The notes under the pieces were generated by a model. That model worked only from the letters and a program-made list of their open reading frames with translations, searched no databases and was not told the DNA's origin. Source: Escherichia coli (GTDB taxonomy: Bacteria; Pseudomonadota; Gammaproteobacteria; Enterobacterales; Enterobacteriaceae). Taken from it: a stretch of DNA of 64,000 nucleotides. The stretch lies in assembly GCF_041886205.1 (NCBI RefSeq), contig NZ_CP169029.1; one strand, given 5' to 3'. The position numbers were made by a program, and so were the translations under genes. Shown here one piece after another: positions 37,887 to 51,073 of this stretch. Numbering within the stretch: position 1 is the first letter of the stretch; each line of letters opens with the position of its first letter.

Positions 37887-38944
37887 TGGAGCGCACTATG
37901 AGTCAGAAAAATTTTGTGGAACTGCGCAACGTCACTAAACGATTCGGCAGTAATACGGTTATCGACAATATCAATCTCACCATTCCACAAGGGCAAATGG
38001 TGACGCTGCTCGGCCCTTCCGGCTGTGGCAAAACCACCATTCTGCGTCTGGTTGCCGGGCTGGAAAAACCGAGCGAAGGGCAAATTTTTATTGATGGCGA
38101 AGATGTCACGCATCGTTCCATTCAACAGCGCGATATCTGCATGGTGTTTCAGTCATACGCTCTGTTCCCGCATATGTCGCTGGGTGAAAACGTTGGCTAC
38201 GGGCTGAAGATGCTTGGCGTGTCGCGTAGCGAAGTGAAACAGCGGGTGAAGGAGGCGCTGGCAATGGTGGATCTGGAAGGCTTCGAGGACCGCTATGTCG
38301 ATCAGATTTCCGGTGGTCAGCAACAGCGTGTGGCGCTGGCCCGCGCGTTGATCCTCAAACCGAAGGTACTGCTGTTTGATGAGCCGTTAAGTAACCTCGA
38401 TGCCAACCTGCGCCGCAGTATGCGCGATAAGATCCGCGAGCTGCAAAAGCAGTTTAATATCACGTCGCTCTACGTCACTCACGATCAAAGTGAAGCTTTC
38501 GCGGTGTCCGACACCGTACTGGTGATGAATAAAGGTCACATCATGCAGATTGGTTCACCGCAAGATCTCTATCGTCAGCCCGCCTCCCGCTTTATGGCAA
38601 GTTTTATGGGCGACGCCAACCTGTTCCCGGCGAACTTTAGCGAAGAGGATGTCGATATCTACGGTTATCGCCTGCCGCGCGCGGCGCATTTCCCGGCGCA
38701 AGGTAGCGGCACCGTCGGCGTTCGCCCGGAAGCCATCACCTTAAGCAATCACGGCGAAGAGAGTCAGCGTTGTGTTATTCGCCATGTCGCCTACATGGGG
38801 CCGCAGTACGAAGTGACCGTAGAGTGGCATGGACAGGAGATTTTATTACAAGTAAACGCCACCCGTTTACAGCCCGATATTGGTGAGCACTATTACCTCG
38901 AAATCCATCCTTACGGGATGTTTGTTTTAGCGGATGCGGCATAA
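37886..38944 (+). CDS. ABC transporter ATP-binding protein, AfuC/FbpC/PotA-like
   Basis: Walker [11 protein letters not shown]-loop, signature [14 protein letters not shown], Walker [13 protein letters not shown]-terminal TOBE-like domain; start ambiguous between 37886 and 37898. Confidence 0.85.
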   Translation: MERTMSQKNFVELRNVTKRFGSNTVIDNINLTIPQGQMVTLLGPSGCGKTTILRLVAGLEKPSEGQIFIDGEDVTHRSIQQRDICMVFQSYALFPHMSLGENVGYGLKMLGVSRSEVKQRVKEALAMVDLEGFEDRYVDQISGGQQQRVALARALILKPKVLLFDEPLSNLDANLRRSMRDKIRELQKQFNITSLYVTHDQSEAFAVSDTVLVMNKGHIMQIGSPQDLYRQPASRFMASFMGDANLFPANFSEEDVDIYGYRLPRAAHFPAQGSGTVGVRPEAITLSNHGEESQRCVIRHVAYMGPQYEVTVEWHGQEILLQVNATRLQPDIGEHYYLEIHPYGMFVLADAA

Positions 38945-39026
38945 AAATAGCACATAAACGGTCCCCACCTGTCTTGAGGGACCGTTCACCTGGTTAGGCT
39001 TCGGACAACAATTATTCTCCAGTGTT

Positions 39027-39080
39027 ATATACTATAGGGGGGTATGCATTGACATATAGCATACCCCCCTATAGTATATT
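39027..39080 (+). promoter_or_regulatory. Candidate FrmR operator: inverted repeat with G6/C6 tracts
   Basis: ATATACTATAGGGGGGTATGC ... GCATACCCCCCTATAGTATAT, a near-perfect palindrome 25-75 bp upstream of frmR; the G/C-tract-flanked AT-rich dyad is the operator style of RcnR/FrmR-family repressors. Confidence 0.7.
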
Positions 39081-39103
39081 GCATGCAGATGATGAGGTGC
39101 GAA

Positions 39104-39379
39104 ATGCCCAGTACTCCGGAAGAGAAGAAAAAGGTCCTTACTCGAGTTCGTCGTATTCGAGGGCAGATTGATGCTCTGGAACGGTCGCTGGAGGGTGATG
39201 CCGAATGCCGTGCCATACTCCAACAGATCGCTGCCGTTCGGGGCGCGGCTAACGGGCTGATGGCAGAAGTGCTTGAAAGCCATATCCGGGAAACGTTTGA
39301 CCGAAATGACTGCTACAGCCGCGAAGTCAGCCAATCCGTTGACGACACTATTGAACTGGTTCGTGCCTATCTGAAATAG
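39104..39379 (+). CDS. frmR: Formaldehyde-responsive repressor FrmR (RcnR/CsoR family)
   Basis: 91 aa [31 protein letters not shown]... with the CsoR-family helical bundle; palindromic operator upstream. Confidence 0.9.
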
Positions 39380-39383
39380 CTGA

Positions 39384-40523
<1,140 letters not shown>

Positions 40524-40614
40524 TTTCCCGCAGGTATACCCGTCCACTTCAGACGGGGTTCTTAATACTCTCCCCGGGCAGCCGTCCGGGGGATTAACCG
40601 TGAGATAATGACTG

Positions 40615-41448
40615 ATGGAACTCATTGAAAAACATGCCAGCTTTGGCGGCAGGCAAAATGTGTATCGGCATTATTCCCAATCACTGAAATGTGAAATGAA
40701 TGTCGGCGTCTATCTCCCACCAAAAGCCGCGAATGAAAAATTGCCGGTGCTGTACTGGCTTTCAGGCCTGACCTGCAACGAGCAGAATTTCATTACTAAA
40801 TCGGGGATGCAGCGTTACGCGGCTGAGCACAACATTATTGTTGTTGCGCCGGACACCAGTCCGCGAGGCAGTCATGTCGCAGATGCCGACCGTTACGATC
40901 TCGGGCAAGGTGCCGGGTTTTACCTGAACGCGACGCAAGCGCCGTGGAATGAACATTACAAAATGTATGACTATATCCGCAACGAGCTGCCGGATTTAGT
41001 GATGCAACATTTTCCGGCAACGGCCAGAAAGTCTATCTCAGGTCATTCTATGGGCGGGCTGGGCGCGCTAGTGCTGGCGTTACGTAATCCAGATGAATAT
41101 GTCAGCGTCTCGGCGTTTTCGCCCATTGTTTCCCCATCGCAAGTACCGTGGGGACAACAAGCCTTTGCCGCATATCTTGGTGAAAATAAAGAGGCGTGGT
41201 TGGATTACGATCCGGTGAGCCTTATTTCACAAGGTCAACGCGTTGCGGAAATCATGGTTGATCAGGGGTTGAGTGATGATTTTTACGCGGAACAGCTGCG
41301 GACTCCAAATCTTGAAAAGATCTGCCAGGCGATGAATATCAAGACGTTAATCCGTTATCACGAGGGTTATGATCACAGCTATTATTTTGTCTCCAGTTTT
41401 ATTGGCGAGCATATTGCCTACCACGCCAATAAACTGAATATGCGTTGA
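40615..41448 (+). CDS. frmB: S-formylglutathione hydrolase
   Basis: 277 aa esterase with GHSMGG nucleophile elbow. Confidence 0.93.
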   Translation: MELIEKHASFGGRQNVYRHYSQSLKCEMNVGVYLPPKAANEKLPVLYWLSGLTCNEQNFITKSGMQRYAAEHNIIVVAPDTSPRGSHVADADRYDLGQGAGFYLNATQAPWNEHYKMYDYIRNELPDLVMQHFPATARKSISGHSMGGLGALVLALRNPDEYVSVSAFSPIVSPSQVPWGQQAFAAYLGENKEAWLDYDPVSLISQGQRVAEIMVDQGLSDDFYAEQLRTPNLEKICQAMNIKTLIRYHEGYDHSYYFVSSFIGEHIAYHANKLNMR

Positions 41449-41451
41449 TAA

Positions 41452-41662
41452 TAGTGCACGACTGCCGGATGCGGCGTGAACGCCTTATCCGGCCTACACT
41501 TCGCCCATAAACCGTAGGCCTGATAAGACGCGAAAAGCGTCGCATCAGGCATTTGCGCACGGCTGCCGGATGCGGCGTGGACGCCTTATCCGGCCTACAT
41601 TTTACCCATAAACCGTAGGCATGATAAGACGCGCATAGCGTCGCATCAGGCATCTGTGCACG
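41452..41662. repeat. BIME cluster: four REP units as two near-identical ~100-bp direct repeats between frmB and yaiL
   Basis: CTGCCGGATGCGGCGTG(A/G)ACGCCTTATCCGGCCTACA...CCATAAACCGTAGGC(C/A)TGATAAGACGCG...AGCGTCGCATCAGGCAT occurs twice. Confidence 0.88.
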
Positions 41663-41674
41663 ACTTATCTATGT

Positions 41675-42214
41675 TTACCACATCAAATCATCAGGCACTT
41701 TGAAGTCGGCATACGGGTCGTCTTCATCCTGCTCTTCGGCGCTGAGCGCGCTGTGCAACACTATACTGCTGGCATCACGCTGAGCAATTTTATCGGCAAC
41801 GCTGGCGGGAATAATTGCGTATTCACCTTCGCTATTGTTATCGAGCAACAAGCGGGCAATCGCCAGACGACCATTAATCAACTGCGCCTGTGTGAGCTTA
41901 TCGACAAAAATCTTCTTAATCAGATTGCCGTCAGTGAAGTTAAAACCAATATCACCATTGGCAATGGTGATTCGGTTCATTTCAATGAGCTGCTTCACCT
42001 GGGCTTTATATTCTTTCGCCAACGCCGCTTGTTTTTGTTGCTCGCTAAGCTGTTTATCACGCTCAAGCTGTGCCTTTTTATTTTCTTCTACCGCTGCCCG
42101 AGCTTCACGCGCCTGAACACGCGATTTTTTCGCCGTTCTCTCCACCTTCGCTGCTTTTTTGCTGGTGACTAATCCTGCTTTGAGCAACTGCTCTTGTAAG
42201 GTAAGTTTTGCCAT
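41675..42214 (-). CDS. yaiL: DUF2058-type protein YaiL
   Basis: 179-aa form starting MAKLTLQEQLLKAGLVTSKKAAK; Lys/Ala-rich coiled-coil N-terminus. Confidence 0.8.
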   Translation of the reverse strand: MAKLTLQEQLLKAGLVTSKKAAKVERTAKKSRVQAREARAAVEENKKAQLERDKQLSEQQKQAALAKEYKAQVKQLIEMNRITIANGDIGFNFTDGNLIKKIFVDKLTQAQLINGRLAIARLLLDNNSEGEYAIIPASVADKIAQRDASSIVLHSALSAEEQDEDDPYADFKVPDDLMW

Positions 42215-42315
42215 CTTTGTTTCCAAACCCGCTGAATAATTTTTAGCGAGTATACCTGTAAACGCCGTAGGTGTATTGGGGTGAAGTCCCTTTCGCCCCT
42301 GCCTAATAAAGCGCG

Positions 42316-43527
42316 TCAGGCATCGGCGCACGGCTGTATTCTTGATCTCCGGCTCATCAAAATAAACACCGCCAACCCAGCAACAATAATACCCGGTGCA
42401 GAAGCGGCCATTACGCCGACCGTGCCAGTGCCTAATGCCAGCATTTTCCCGGCCAGTAACGGACCGCTCATAGCCCCCAGACGCCCTACCGCCACGGCTG
42501 TTCCCACACCTGTTGCGCGGATCTGCGAGCTGTAAAACAACGGTGCCAATGCATATAAAACGCTTTGCCCACCTGTCGCAAACAACCCCGCGACAAATCC
42601 CGCCAGCAACATACCGTTAAATGACGACACCGTTCCCAGCGCCAGCAGCGAAGCTAACATGCCGCTATAAATCAGTAGCGACATGGTTACTGGACGCAGC
42701 TTATCCATCAATGCGCCCAACATTAACGTCCCGCTTGCCGCACCCATTTGCAGTGCAAACATCACCCCTGCCGCCTGCGATGGCTGGAATCCTTGCTCCA
42801 CCAAAAGTAGCGGTAGCCAGTTGATCAACATATAAACCACCAGCAGAGTGAAGAAATAACACAACCACAGCAGCAGCGTCGCGGTTGCCGTTTCTGGCGC
42901 AAATAAGGCTCGCAGTGGTGGCGCAGCCTGTTTTTCGCCAGCGAAAACCGCCGACTCCGGCAGCCAGCGCATTAATAGCGGCACCAGAATCAACGGCACC
43001 ACACCACCGACCCAAAACACCGTTTGCCATGCTAAGTTTGCCCCCGCGAAACCCAGCGTCGCCGCCAGCGCCGCGCCAATGGGAACACCGCAATACATCA
43101 GGCTCACTGCCGTCCCACGAAAACGTGGACCCGCGGCTTCAGACGTCAGGGCGATAAGATTCGGCAACGCCGCCCCCAGCCCGACACCGGTCATCAGCCG
43201 CGCAAAGACCAGTGAGGGGAAATCCCAGGCAATCGCCGTTGCCAGTGAGAACAAACCAAACAGCGCAACTGAGCCAATCAAAATGCGCTTGCGACCATAA
43301 CGGTCCGCCAGCATTCCACCAACCAACGCGCCGGGTAGCAAACCGAGTATTCCGGCGCTGAATATCCAACCCATTTGCATTTTATCGAGTGCGAAAGCCT
43401 GGGCGATGCCACCCGCCGCAATGCCAGCCGCCTGAAGATCCAGTCCTTCCATCAGAGCGACCAAAAAACAAAGCCCGATGGTCAGCATCAGGCGGGTTGA
43501 AGATGATGAAGGGGTACGAGTCGACAT
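42316..43527 (-). CDS. mhpT: 3-(3-hydroxyphenyl)propionate MFS transporter
   Basis: 403-aa MFS starting MSTRTPSSSSTRLMLTIGL; adjacent to the mhp operon. Confidence 0.9.
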   Translation of the reverse strand: MSTRTPSSSSTRLMLTIGLCFLVALMEGLDLQAAGIAAGGIAQAFALDKMQMGWIFSAGILGLLPGALVGGMLADRYGRKRILIGSVALFGLFSLATAIAWDFPSLVFARLMTGVGLGAALPNLIALTSEAAGPRFRGTAVSLMYCGVPIGAALAATLGFAGANLAWQTVFWVGGVVPLILVPLLMRWLPESAVFAGEKQAAPPLRALFAPETATATLLLWLCYFFTLLVVYMLINWLPLLLVEQGFQPSQAAGVMFALQMGAASGTLMLGALMDKLRPVTMSLLIYSGMLASLLALGTVSSFNGMLLAGFVAGLFATGGQSVLYALAPLFYSSQIRATGVGTAVAVGRLGAMSGPLLAGKMLALGTGTVGVMAASAPGIIVAGLAVFILMSRRSRIQPCADA

Positions 43528-43604
43528 AAGATGAACCTCGTTGCGAGTACAGGTGAATCGCGGCTGATACATTGTCAGCCGCGTAATCAGAACTATGTAA
43601 TGAC

Positions 43605-43662
<58 letters not shown>

Positions 43663-43702
43663 TGGGATGGGCATACAAAATGCACGTTCTCGGCAGTCAT
43701 CA

Positions 43703-44712
43703 TTATTTGTTGTTGCGCAGATCCAGCGCCACGTCGACGATCATATCCTCCTGGCCGCCAACCATCCGGCGTTTGCCCAGCTCAACGAGAATATCCACCG
43801 CGCTTAAGCCATAACGCGCCGCCGCCGTTTCACAGTGACGCAGGAAGCTCGAGTAAACACCAGCGTATCCCAGCGCCAGCGTTTCGCGATCGACTCGTAC
43901 CGGTCGATCCTGCAACGGACGCACCAGGTCGTCAGCGGCATCCATTAACGCATAGAGATCGGCCCCATGCTGCCAACCCAGTTTATCCGCGGCGGCAATA
44001 AACACTTCCAGTGGCGCATTACCTGCGCCCGCGCCCATTCCCGCGAGGCTGGCGTCGATTCGGTCGCAGCCCTCTTCCACCGCTGCGATAGAGTTCGCCA
44101 CGCCAAGACTCAGGTTATGGTGAGCGTGCATGCCGGTTTGCGTTTCTGGTTTCAACACTGCTTTCAGGGCGCGGAAACGGTCACGGATATCGCTCATGTT
44201 CATCGCACCGCCAGAATCCACCACATAAATGCAGGTCGCACCGTAGCCTTCCATCAGCTTTGCCTGCTTGGCGAGATTCTCCGGCGTGGTCATATGGCTC
44301 ATCATCAGAAAACCAACGGTGTCCATTCCGAGCTCGCGGGCATACTGAATATGCTGGGCGGAAACATCAGCTTCGGTACAGTGCGTAGCCACACGAACCA
44401 CCCGCGCGCCAGCCTGCCAGGCATTTTTCAGATCGTGAATAGTGCCGATTCCTGGCAGCAACAACGTCGCGATTTTGGCGTGCTTCACCACATCCGCCGC
44501 TGCTTCAATCCATTCAAGGTCGCTATGTGCGCCGAAACCATAGTTAAAGCTGGAACCCTGCAAACCGTCGCCGTGGGCCACTTCAATCGAATCCACGCGG
44601 GCATCGTCCAGTGCTTTGGCAATCTGGCGAACGTTTTCCAGCGAATACTGATGACGAATGGCGTGCATACCGTCACGCAACGTGACGTCCGAGATATAAA
44701 GTTTTTTACCGT

Positions 44713-44716
<4 letters not shown>
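43703..44716 (-). CDS. mhpE: 4-hydroxy-2-oxovalerate aldolase
   Basis: 337 aa; HMGL-like aldolase ([13 protein letters not shown]). Confidence 0.95.
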
Positions 44717-46478
<1,762 letters not shown>

Positions 46479-47345
46479 TTAAGGGCGTGCGAGGAAATTC
46501 AGCACCAGTTGATTGAAAGCGTCGGCATGTTCCCACTGCGCCCAGTGACCGCAGTCGCGGAAGATATGCAGTTCAGAACCGGCAATGCCGGACAGCAGAC
46601 GCAGACCCGCATCCATCGGCACAAAGCGGTCGTTGCGCCCCCAGACAATCAGGGTTTGCGCTTTGATTTCCGCCAAACGTGGGCCAAAATCCGGGAACTG
46701 TTTCGGATTGGCTTCCAGGCTCTTAACAAAGTTTTCCAGGTGATCGCGGCGCGACAGCATATTATTCAGGCGCGCTTCAAACAGGGCGTCGGTCAAATCG
46801 CTGGTATCAAAAACGAAGATATCCATCATCAGCTTCAGGTTTTCGATAGTCGGCTGACGATAAAGCTGATTCAGTCGCTTAATACCTTCGGTTGGCATCG
46901 GCGTAAACAAACTCATGCCGCCCGTACCGCCGCCCATCAGCACCAGTTTGCCGACGCGCTCCGGCCAGTTAAGGGTGAACGCCACAGAACTATGGCCGCC
47001 CATCGAGTTGCCCAGCAGGTGGATTTTGGCGATATCCAGTTGATCCACCACGCTTTTCAGGATTCGTGCATTAAGATCCGATCGTGAACCACTATTAACG
47101 ATCGAATCGCTTTTGCCCCAACCCGGACAATCCAGCAGGATCACCCGATAGCCCGCCTCTACCAGCGGATCGATATTGCGGCTGAAGTTCGCCCAGCCAG
47201 TAGCACCCGGGCCGGAACCATGCAGCAGGACAACGGTTTCGTCGCCTTGTCCGCAGTCATTAAAATGGATGCGCAGCGTTTTACCCGCTTCTTCTACATT
47301 CAGAAAACGGCTGGTGGCGGCTTCGGTTTGTGGCTGATAACTCAT
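46479..47345 (-). CDS. mhpC: 2-hydroxy-6-ketonona-2,4-dienedioate hydrolase (alpha/beta hydrolase)
   Basis: GNSMGG nucleophile motif; start trimmed to the 288-aa form so it does not overlap the mhpB 3' end. Confidence 0.9.
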
Positions 47346-47362
47346 CATCTTCTCCTGCATAT

Positions 47363-48307
47363 TCAGTTCTCTGTTCTGGCGCTTAACGAGCCAAATCCGG
47401 CAATCCACTCCGGGATTGGGCGGTAATAACGCCCTTCGCTACGCCAGTTGCCAAACGCAGAAATAGCGGCAAAAGCGGCGACCCAGGTTTTGATTTCATG
47501 TGTCGACTTTCCGGCAATGGAGGAAAGCTCTTCGTTACTGACGGCATCCAGTTCCTGTATGCGTCCCTGCTCCAGCAAAGTCATGAACTGGTTATCCCAA
47601 ATCGGGTTGAGCGGATGCAGAGTTCTCTGATCCTCAACAAACTTCTCAGCGGCGCTAATCACCCGTTGCTGACGCAATTCGCGCTCAGTGGCGGGTAAAT
47701 CTTTCCCGCTCCCCAACAGACGGTCGCGCATATGGGCATCGGCTTTCGCCAGTTCTGGCACCGGCGGCTGATGGGAAAGCCCACCGGAACCCAGGAACAG
47801 CACGCGTTTATTGAGAGTGCTGGTGAAACGTCCAATGGCTTCACCCAACATGCGGGTACGCTGGAAACCGGGCAGCGGCGTGGCGACACCGTTGATGAAC
47901 ACAGGCAGAACTGGCACCTTATCCAGCCCACCAAGCAGGAACTCCAGCGGCTGGGCGAACCCGTGGTCCACCTGCATACAGTAAGAAACGGCAAGATCGA
48001 TCCCGCTCTTCATGACGGCATGTGCACAGGCCTCCGCCAGCTCCACAGGCACGGGCAGCTCTCCTGCCGCACTGCCGAAATCACCAATTGCCGTCGCCCC
48101 AACGCCTAAACAGAACGGTGGCATCACGTCATAGAAAAAGCCGTTGTAGTGATCTGGCGCAAACAGCACCACCAGTTCAGGGGAGAAAGCCGCAATACGC
48201 TCGCGGGCGCTGGCAATCACGCCATTGACCTCATCGAGCACCTCTTGCGCCGGGTCGACATATCCCACCAGCGGCGAGTGGGAAAGACAGTGAAGATAAG
48301 CGTGCAT
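47363..48307 (-). CDS. mhpB: 3-(2,3-dihydroxyphenyl)propionate 1,2-dioxygenase (extradiol)
   Basis: 314-aa LigB-type extradiol dioxygenase; position in the mhp operon. Confidence 0.93.
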
Positions 48308-48308
48308 A

Positions 48309-49973
48309 TCAGGCTACCTTTTCGACAGAAACGTCGGCATCAGGGCTGGTCAGCGTCATCACCGACGCCAGTTTATTCAGGGTCTTGCCCAGGGTTTGCG
48401 GAATGGCGGTGGCGGCAACAAAGCGATCCGGGCGTATCACCACCAGCGAAGCATTGTGTTGCGCGAACCAGCTACGCAGGCGACCTTGCGTATCCCCCAC
48501 GCGTAGTACGCCGTCGTGGTTATCCTGTGCGGTATGAATTTGCACTTCCGGCACCACCTGAATGAAGCGTGTGCCCAACGCGCGCCACTGCTGGATTTGC
48601 TCGTCGCTCATCCCCCACAGTGGATTGCATCCCCAGCCAATTACCGCAAAGTTCGCGCCGATCGCGTTATCGAGCAGCGTCACGTCGCCGTTTTCCAGCG
48701 TGACTTTCGGCTGAATAAACATCTTGCCGACCGGAGAGTGCTTCGCTTCGCCCTCACGCACCAGCGCACCGCCGTAATATTGCGGCATCGGCTTGAAGCG
48801 CATTTCGAGGAAGTAGCGTTTTACTGGCGGCAGATAATTCAACAGCCAGGAAACGCCGTCACGTAACGTACCCTGCCAGCGTTTCGGCGGAGCCAGCACG
48901 TTGCCCGCCGTCACGGACAGGTCAATCATCGCTTTGGCGTGATCGCGACGTTCTTGTTGATAGGTATCGAGCAGCGCATCGCGGGCTTTCCCCTGGATAA
49001 CCAACGCCAGTTTCCATGCGAGGTTAAAGGCGTCGCGCATACCACTGTTATAGCCCTGCCCCTGCCATACCGGCATGATGTGCGCGGCATCGCCCGCCAG
49101 CAGTACGCGATCAATACGGAAACGTTGCGCCAGTCGCGCGTTGTGGGTGTAGACACGCTGGCGAATCAATTCAACATTGTCCGGATTAGGCAGCACTTTG
49201 CTTAACAGCTTGCGCATATTTTGCGGCTCACGCAGCTGTTCTTCGGTTTCTCCCGGCATCACCATAAATTCAAAGCGACGTACCGCATGAGGCAGCGCGG
49301 CAGAAACATACGGGCGCACCGGATCGCAACACAAATAGATATGCGGCGTACTTAACGGATCGTTGGCGATATCCACCACAATCCACTGATTTGGCGCGGT
49401 TTTACCTTCAAACGGCACATTCAGGGTGCGACGGACAAAACTTGCCCCACCATCACAGGCTACCAGCCACTGGGCTTTGACCGTTTCCCGCTGCCCTTCT
49501 GCCGTTTTCAGGTGCAAGGTCACTTCGTCATTTTGCTGGCTGAAGGCCTCCAGCTCGCGGGCAAACAAGCAGCGCACATTCGGAAAACGCGACAACCCTT
49601 CCAGCATCACCGCATCGACCTGTGGCTGAATAAAGGCGTTACGGCGCGGCCAGCCAAATTCATCGGTCATTGGCTGAATATCAGCAAAACAGCGGCCTTT
49701 TGGGGTGAGAAAACGCATCGCGTGCCACGGTGTAGTGTGCGGCAGAACATTATCGACCAGGCCAACCGACTGCATGGTGCGCAGCGCCTCGTCATCAATA
49801 CCAATCGCACGCGGGTAGTCGATCAACTTATCGAGTTTCTCCACCACCAGCACGTCAATGCCCATCTGGCCGAGATAGTTCGCCATCATCAGCCCAACCG
49901 GACCGGCACCAGCGATCGCCACCTGAACGCTATGGTTAACAGCAGGCTGGATGTCAGGGTGTTGTATTGCCAT
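48309..49973 (-). CDS. mhpA: 3-(3-hydroxyphenyl)propionate hydroxylase (FAD monooxygenase)
   Basis: 554 aa; N-terminal FAD-binding GAGPVG motif. Confidence 0.93.
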   Translation of the reverse strand: MAIQHPDIQPAVNHSVQVAIAGAGPVGLMMANYLGQMGIDVLVVEKLDKLIDYPRAIGIDDEALRTMQSVGLVDNVLPHTTPWHAMRFLTPKGRCFADIQPMTDEFGWPRRNAFIQPQVDAVMLEGLSRFPNVRCLFARELEAFSQQNDEVTLHLKTAEGQRETVKAQWLVACDGGASFVRRTLNVPFEGKTAPNQWIVVDIANDPLSTPHIYLCCDPVRPYVSAALPHAVRRFEFMVMPGETEEQLREPQNMRKLLSKVLPNPDNVELIRQRVYTHNARLAQRFRIDRVLLAGDAAHIMPVWQGQGYNSGMRDAFNLAWKLALVIQGKARDALLDTYQQERRDHAKAMIDLSVTAGNVLAPPKRWQGTLRDGVSWLLNYLPPVKRYFLEMRFKPMPQYYGGALVREGEAKHSPVGKMFIQPKVTLENGDVTLLDNAIGANFAVIGWGCNPLWGMSDEQIQQWRALGTRFIQVVPEVQIHTAQDNHDGVLRVGDTQGRLRSWFAQHNASLVVIRPDRFVAATAIPQTLGKTLNKLASVMTLTSPDADVSVEKVA

Positions 49974-50163
49974 TTCAGTACCTCACGACTCGGACAAAAT
50001 GCCGTTGCGCGCACAGTACGGCGCAACTTATTTTGTTAAAAACATGTAAATGATTTTTTATTGTGCGCTCAGTATAGGAAGGGTGTTTTCGGCTACAATC
50101 AAAATATGCCCGAATGTGCACCAGGTGCACAACGTTGTTTTAACTATAGAAATGTCAATTAAT

Positions 50164-50997
50164 ATGCAGAACAATGAGCAGACGGAATACAAAACCGTGC
50201 GCGGCTTAACCCGCGGTCTAATGTTATTAAATATGTTAAATAAACTTGATGGCGGTGCCAGCGTCGGGCTGCTGGCGGAACTCAGCGGCCTGCATCGCAC
50301 CACTGTGCGGCGACTGCTGGAGACGCTGCAGGAAGAGGGATATGTCCGGCGTAGTCCCTCCGATGATAGTTTTCGTCTGACCATCAAAGTGCGGCAATTA
50401 AGCGAAGGATTTCGTGACGAACAGTGGATTTCTGCACTGGCGGCCCCGCTGCTGGGCGATCTGTTACGCGAAGTGGTATGGCCGACAGATGTGTCCACGC
50501 TGGATGTTGATGCAATGGTGGTACGCGAAACCACCCACCGTTTCAGCCGCTTATCCTTTCACCGGGCAATGGTCGGGCGGCGTTTACCGCTTCTGAAAAC
50601 CGCCTCGGGCCTGACCTGGCTGGCCTTTTGCCCGGAACAAGAACGCAAGGAATTAATCGAAATGTTAGCCACCCGTCCCGGTGATGACTATCAACTTGCA
50701 CGGGAACCGTTAAAACTGGAAGCCATTCTGGCGCGGGCGCGCAAAGAGGGGTACGGACAGAACTACCGCGGCTGGGATCAAGAAGAAAAGATCGCCTCTA
50801 TCGCCGTACCGCTGCGCAGTGAACAACGGGTGATTGGCTGTCTGAATCTGGTGTATATGGCGAGCGCAATGACCATCGAACAGGCAGCGGAAAAGCATCT
50901 TCCGGCACTACAACGGGTAGCAAAACAGATCGAAGAAGGGGTTGAATCGCAGGCTATTCTGGTGGCCGGACGGCGAAGCGGCGTGCATTTACGTTGA
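50164..50997 (+). CDS. mhpR: IclR-family transcriptional activator MhpR
   Basis: IclR-type HTH plus effector domain; divergent from mhpA; start trimmed to MQNNEQTEYKTVRGL. Confidence 0.9.
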   Translation: MQNNEQTEYKTVRGLTRGLMLLNMLNKLDGGASVGLLAELSGLHRTTVRRLLETLQEEGYVRRSPSDDSFRLTIKVRQLSEGFRDEQWISALAAPLLGDLLREVVWPTDVSTLDVDAMVVRETTHRFSRLSFHRAMVGRRLPLLKTASGLTWLAFCPEQERKELIEMLATRPGDDYQLAREPLKLEAILARARKEGYGQNYRGWDQEEKIASIAVPLRSEQRVIGCLNLVYMASAMTIEQAAEKHLPALQRVAKQIEEGVESQAILVAGRRSGVHLR

Positions 50998-51004
50998 CAC
51001 CATC

Positions 51005-51073
51005 GAATGGCGCAAAACCTTTCGCGGTATGGCATGATAGCGCCCGGAAGAGAGTCAATTCAGGGTGGTGAAT
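51005..51073 (+). promoter_or_regulatory. lacI promoter region
   Basis: GCGCAAAACCTTTCGCGGTATGGCATGATAGCGCCCGGAAGAGAGTCAATTCAGGGTGGTGAAT directly upstream of the lacI GTG, the classical constitutive lacI promoter stretch. Confidence 0.7.

Noticed and set aside
34708-38944. Annotating the ABC transporter as a ferric-iron uptake system
   Set aside because: The FbpABC-like architecture would suggest iron by naive homology, but the operon is coupled to a UhpABC-like sugar-phosphate sensing module and shows no Fur-box-like sequence that I could see upstream; an organophosphate/sugar-phosphate substrate is more plausible. Left open pending ligand-residue analysis.
41452-41662. Possible CRISPR array (regularly spaced ~35-bp palindromic repeats)
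   Set aside because: The repeats are canonical REP palindromes (GCCGGATGCGGCG...GCCTTATCCGGCCTAC) in alternating orientation, i.e. BIMEs; no cas genes, no unique spacers of uniform length.
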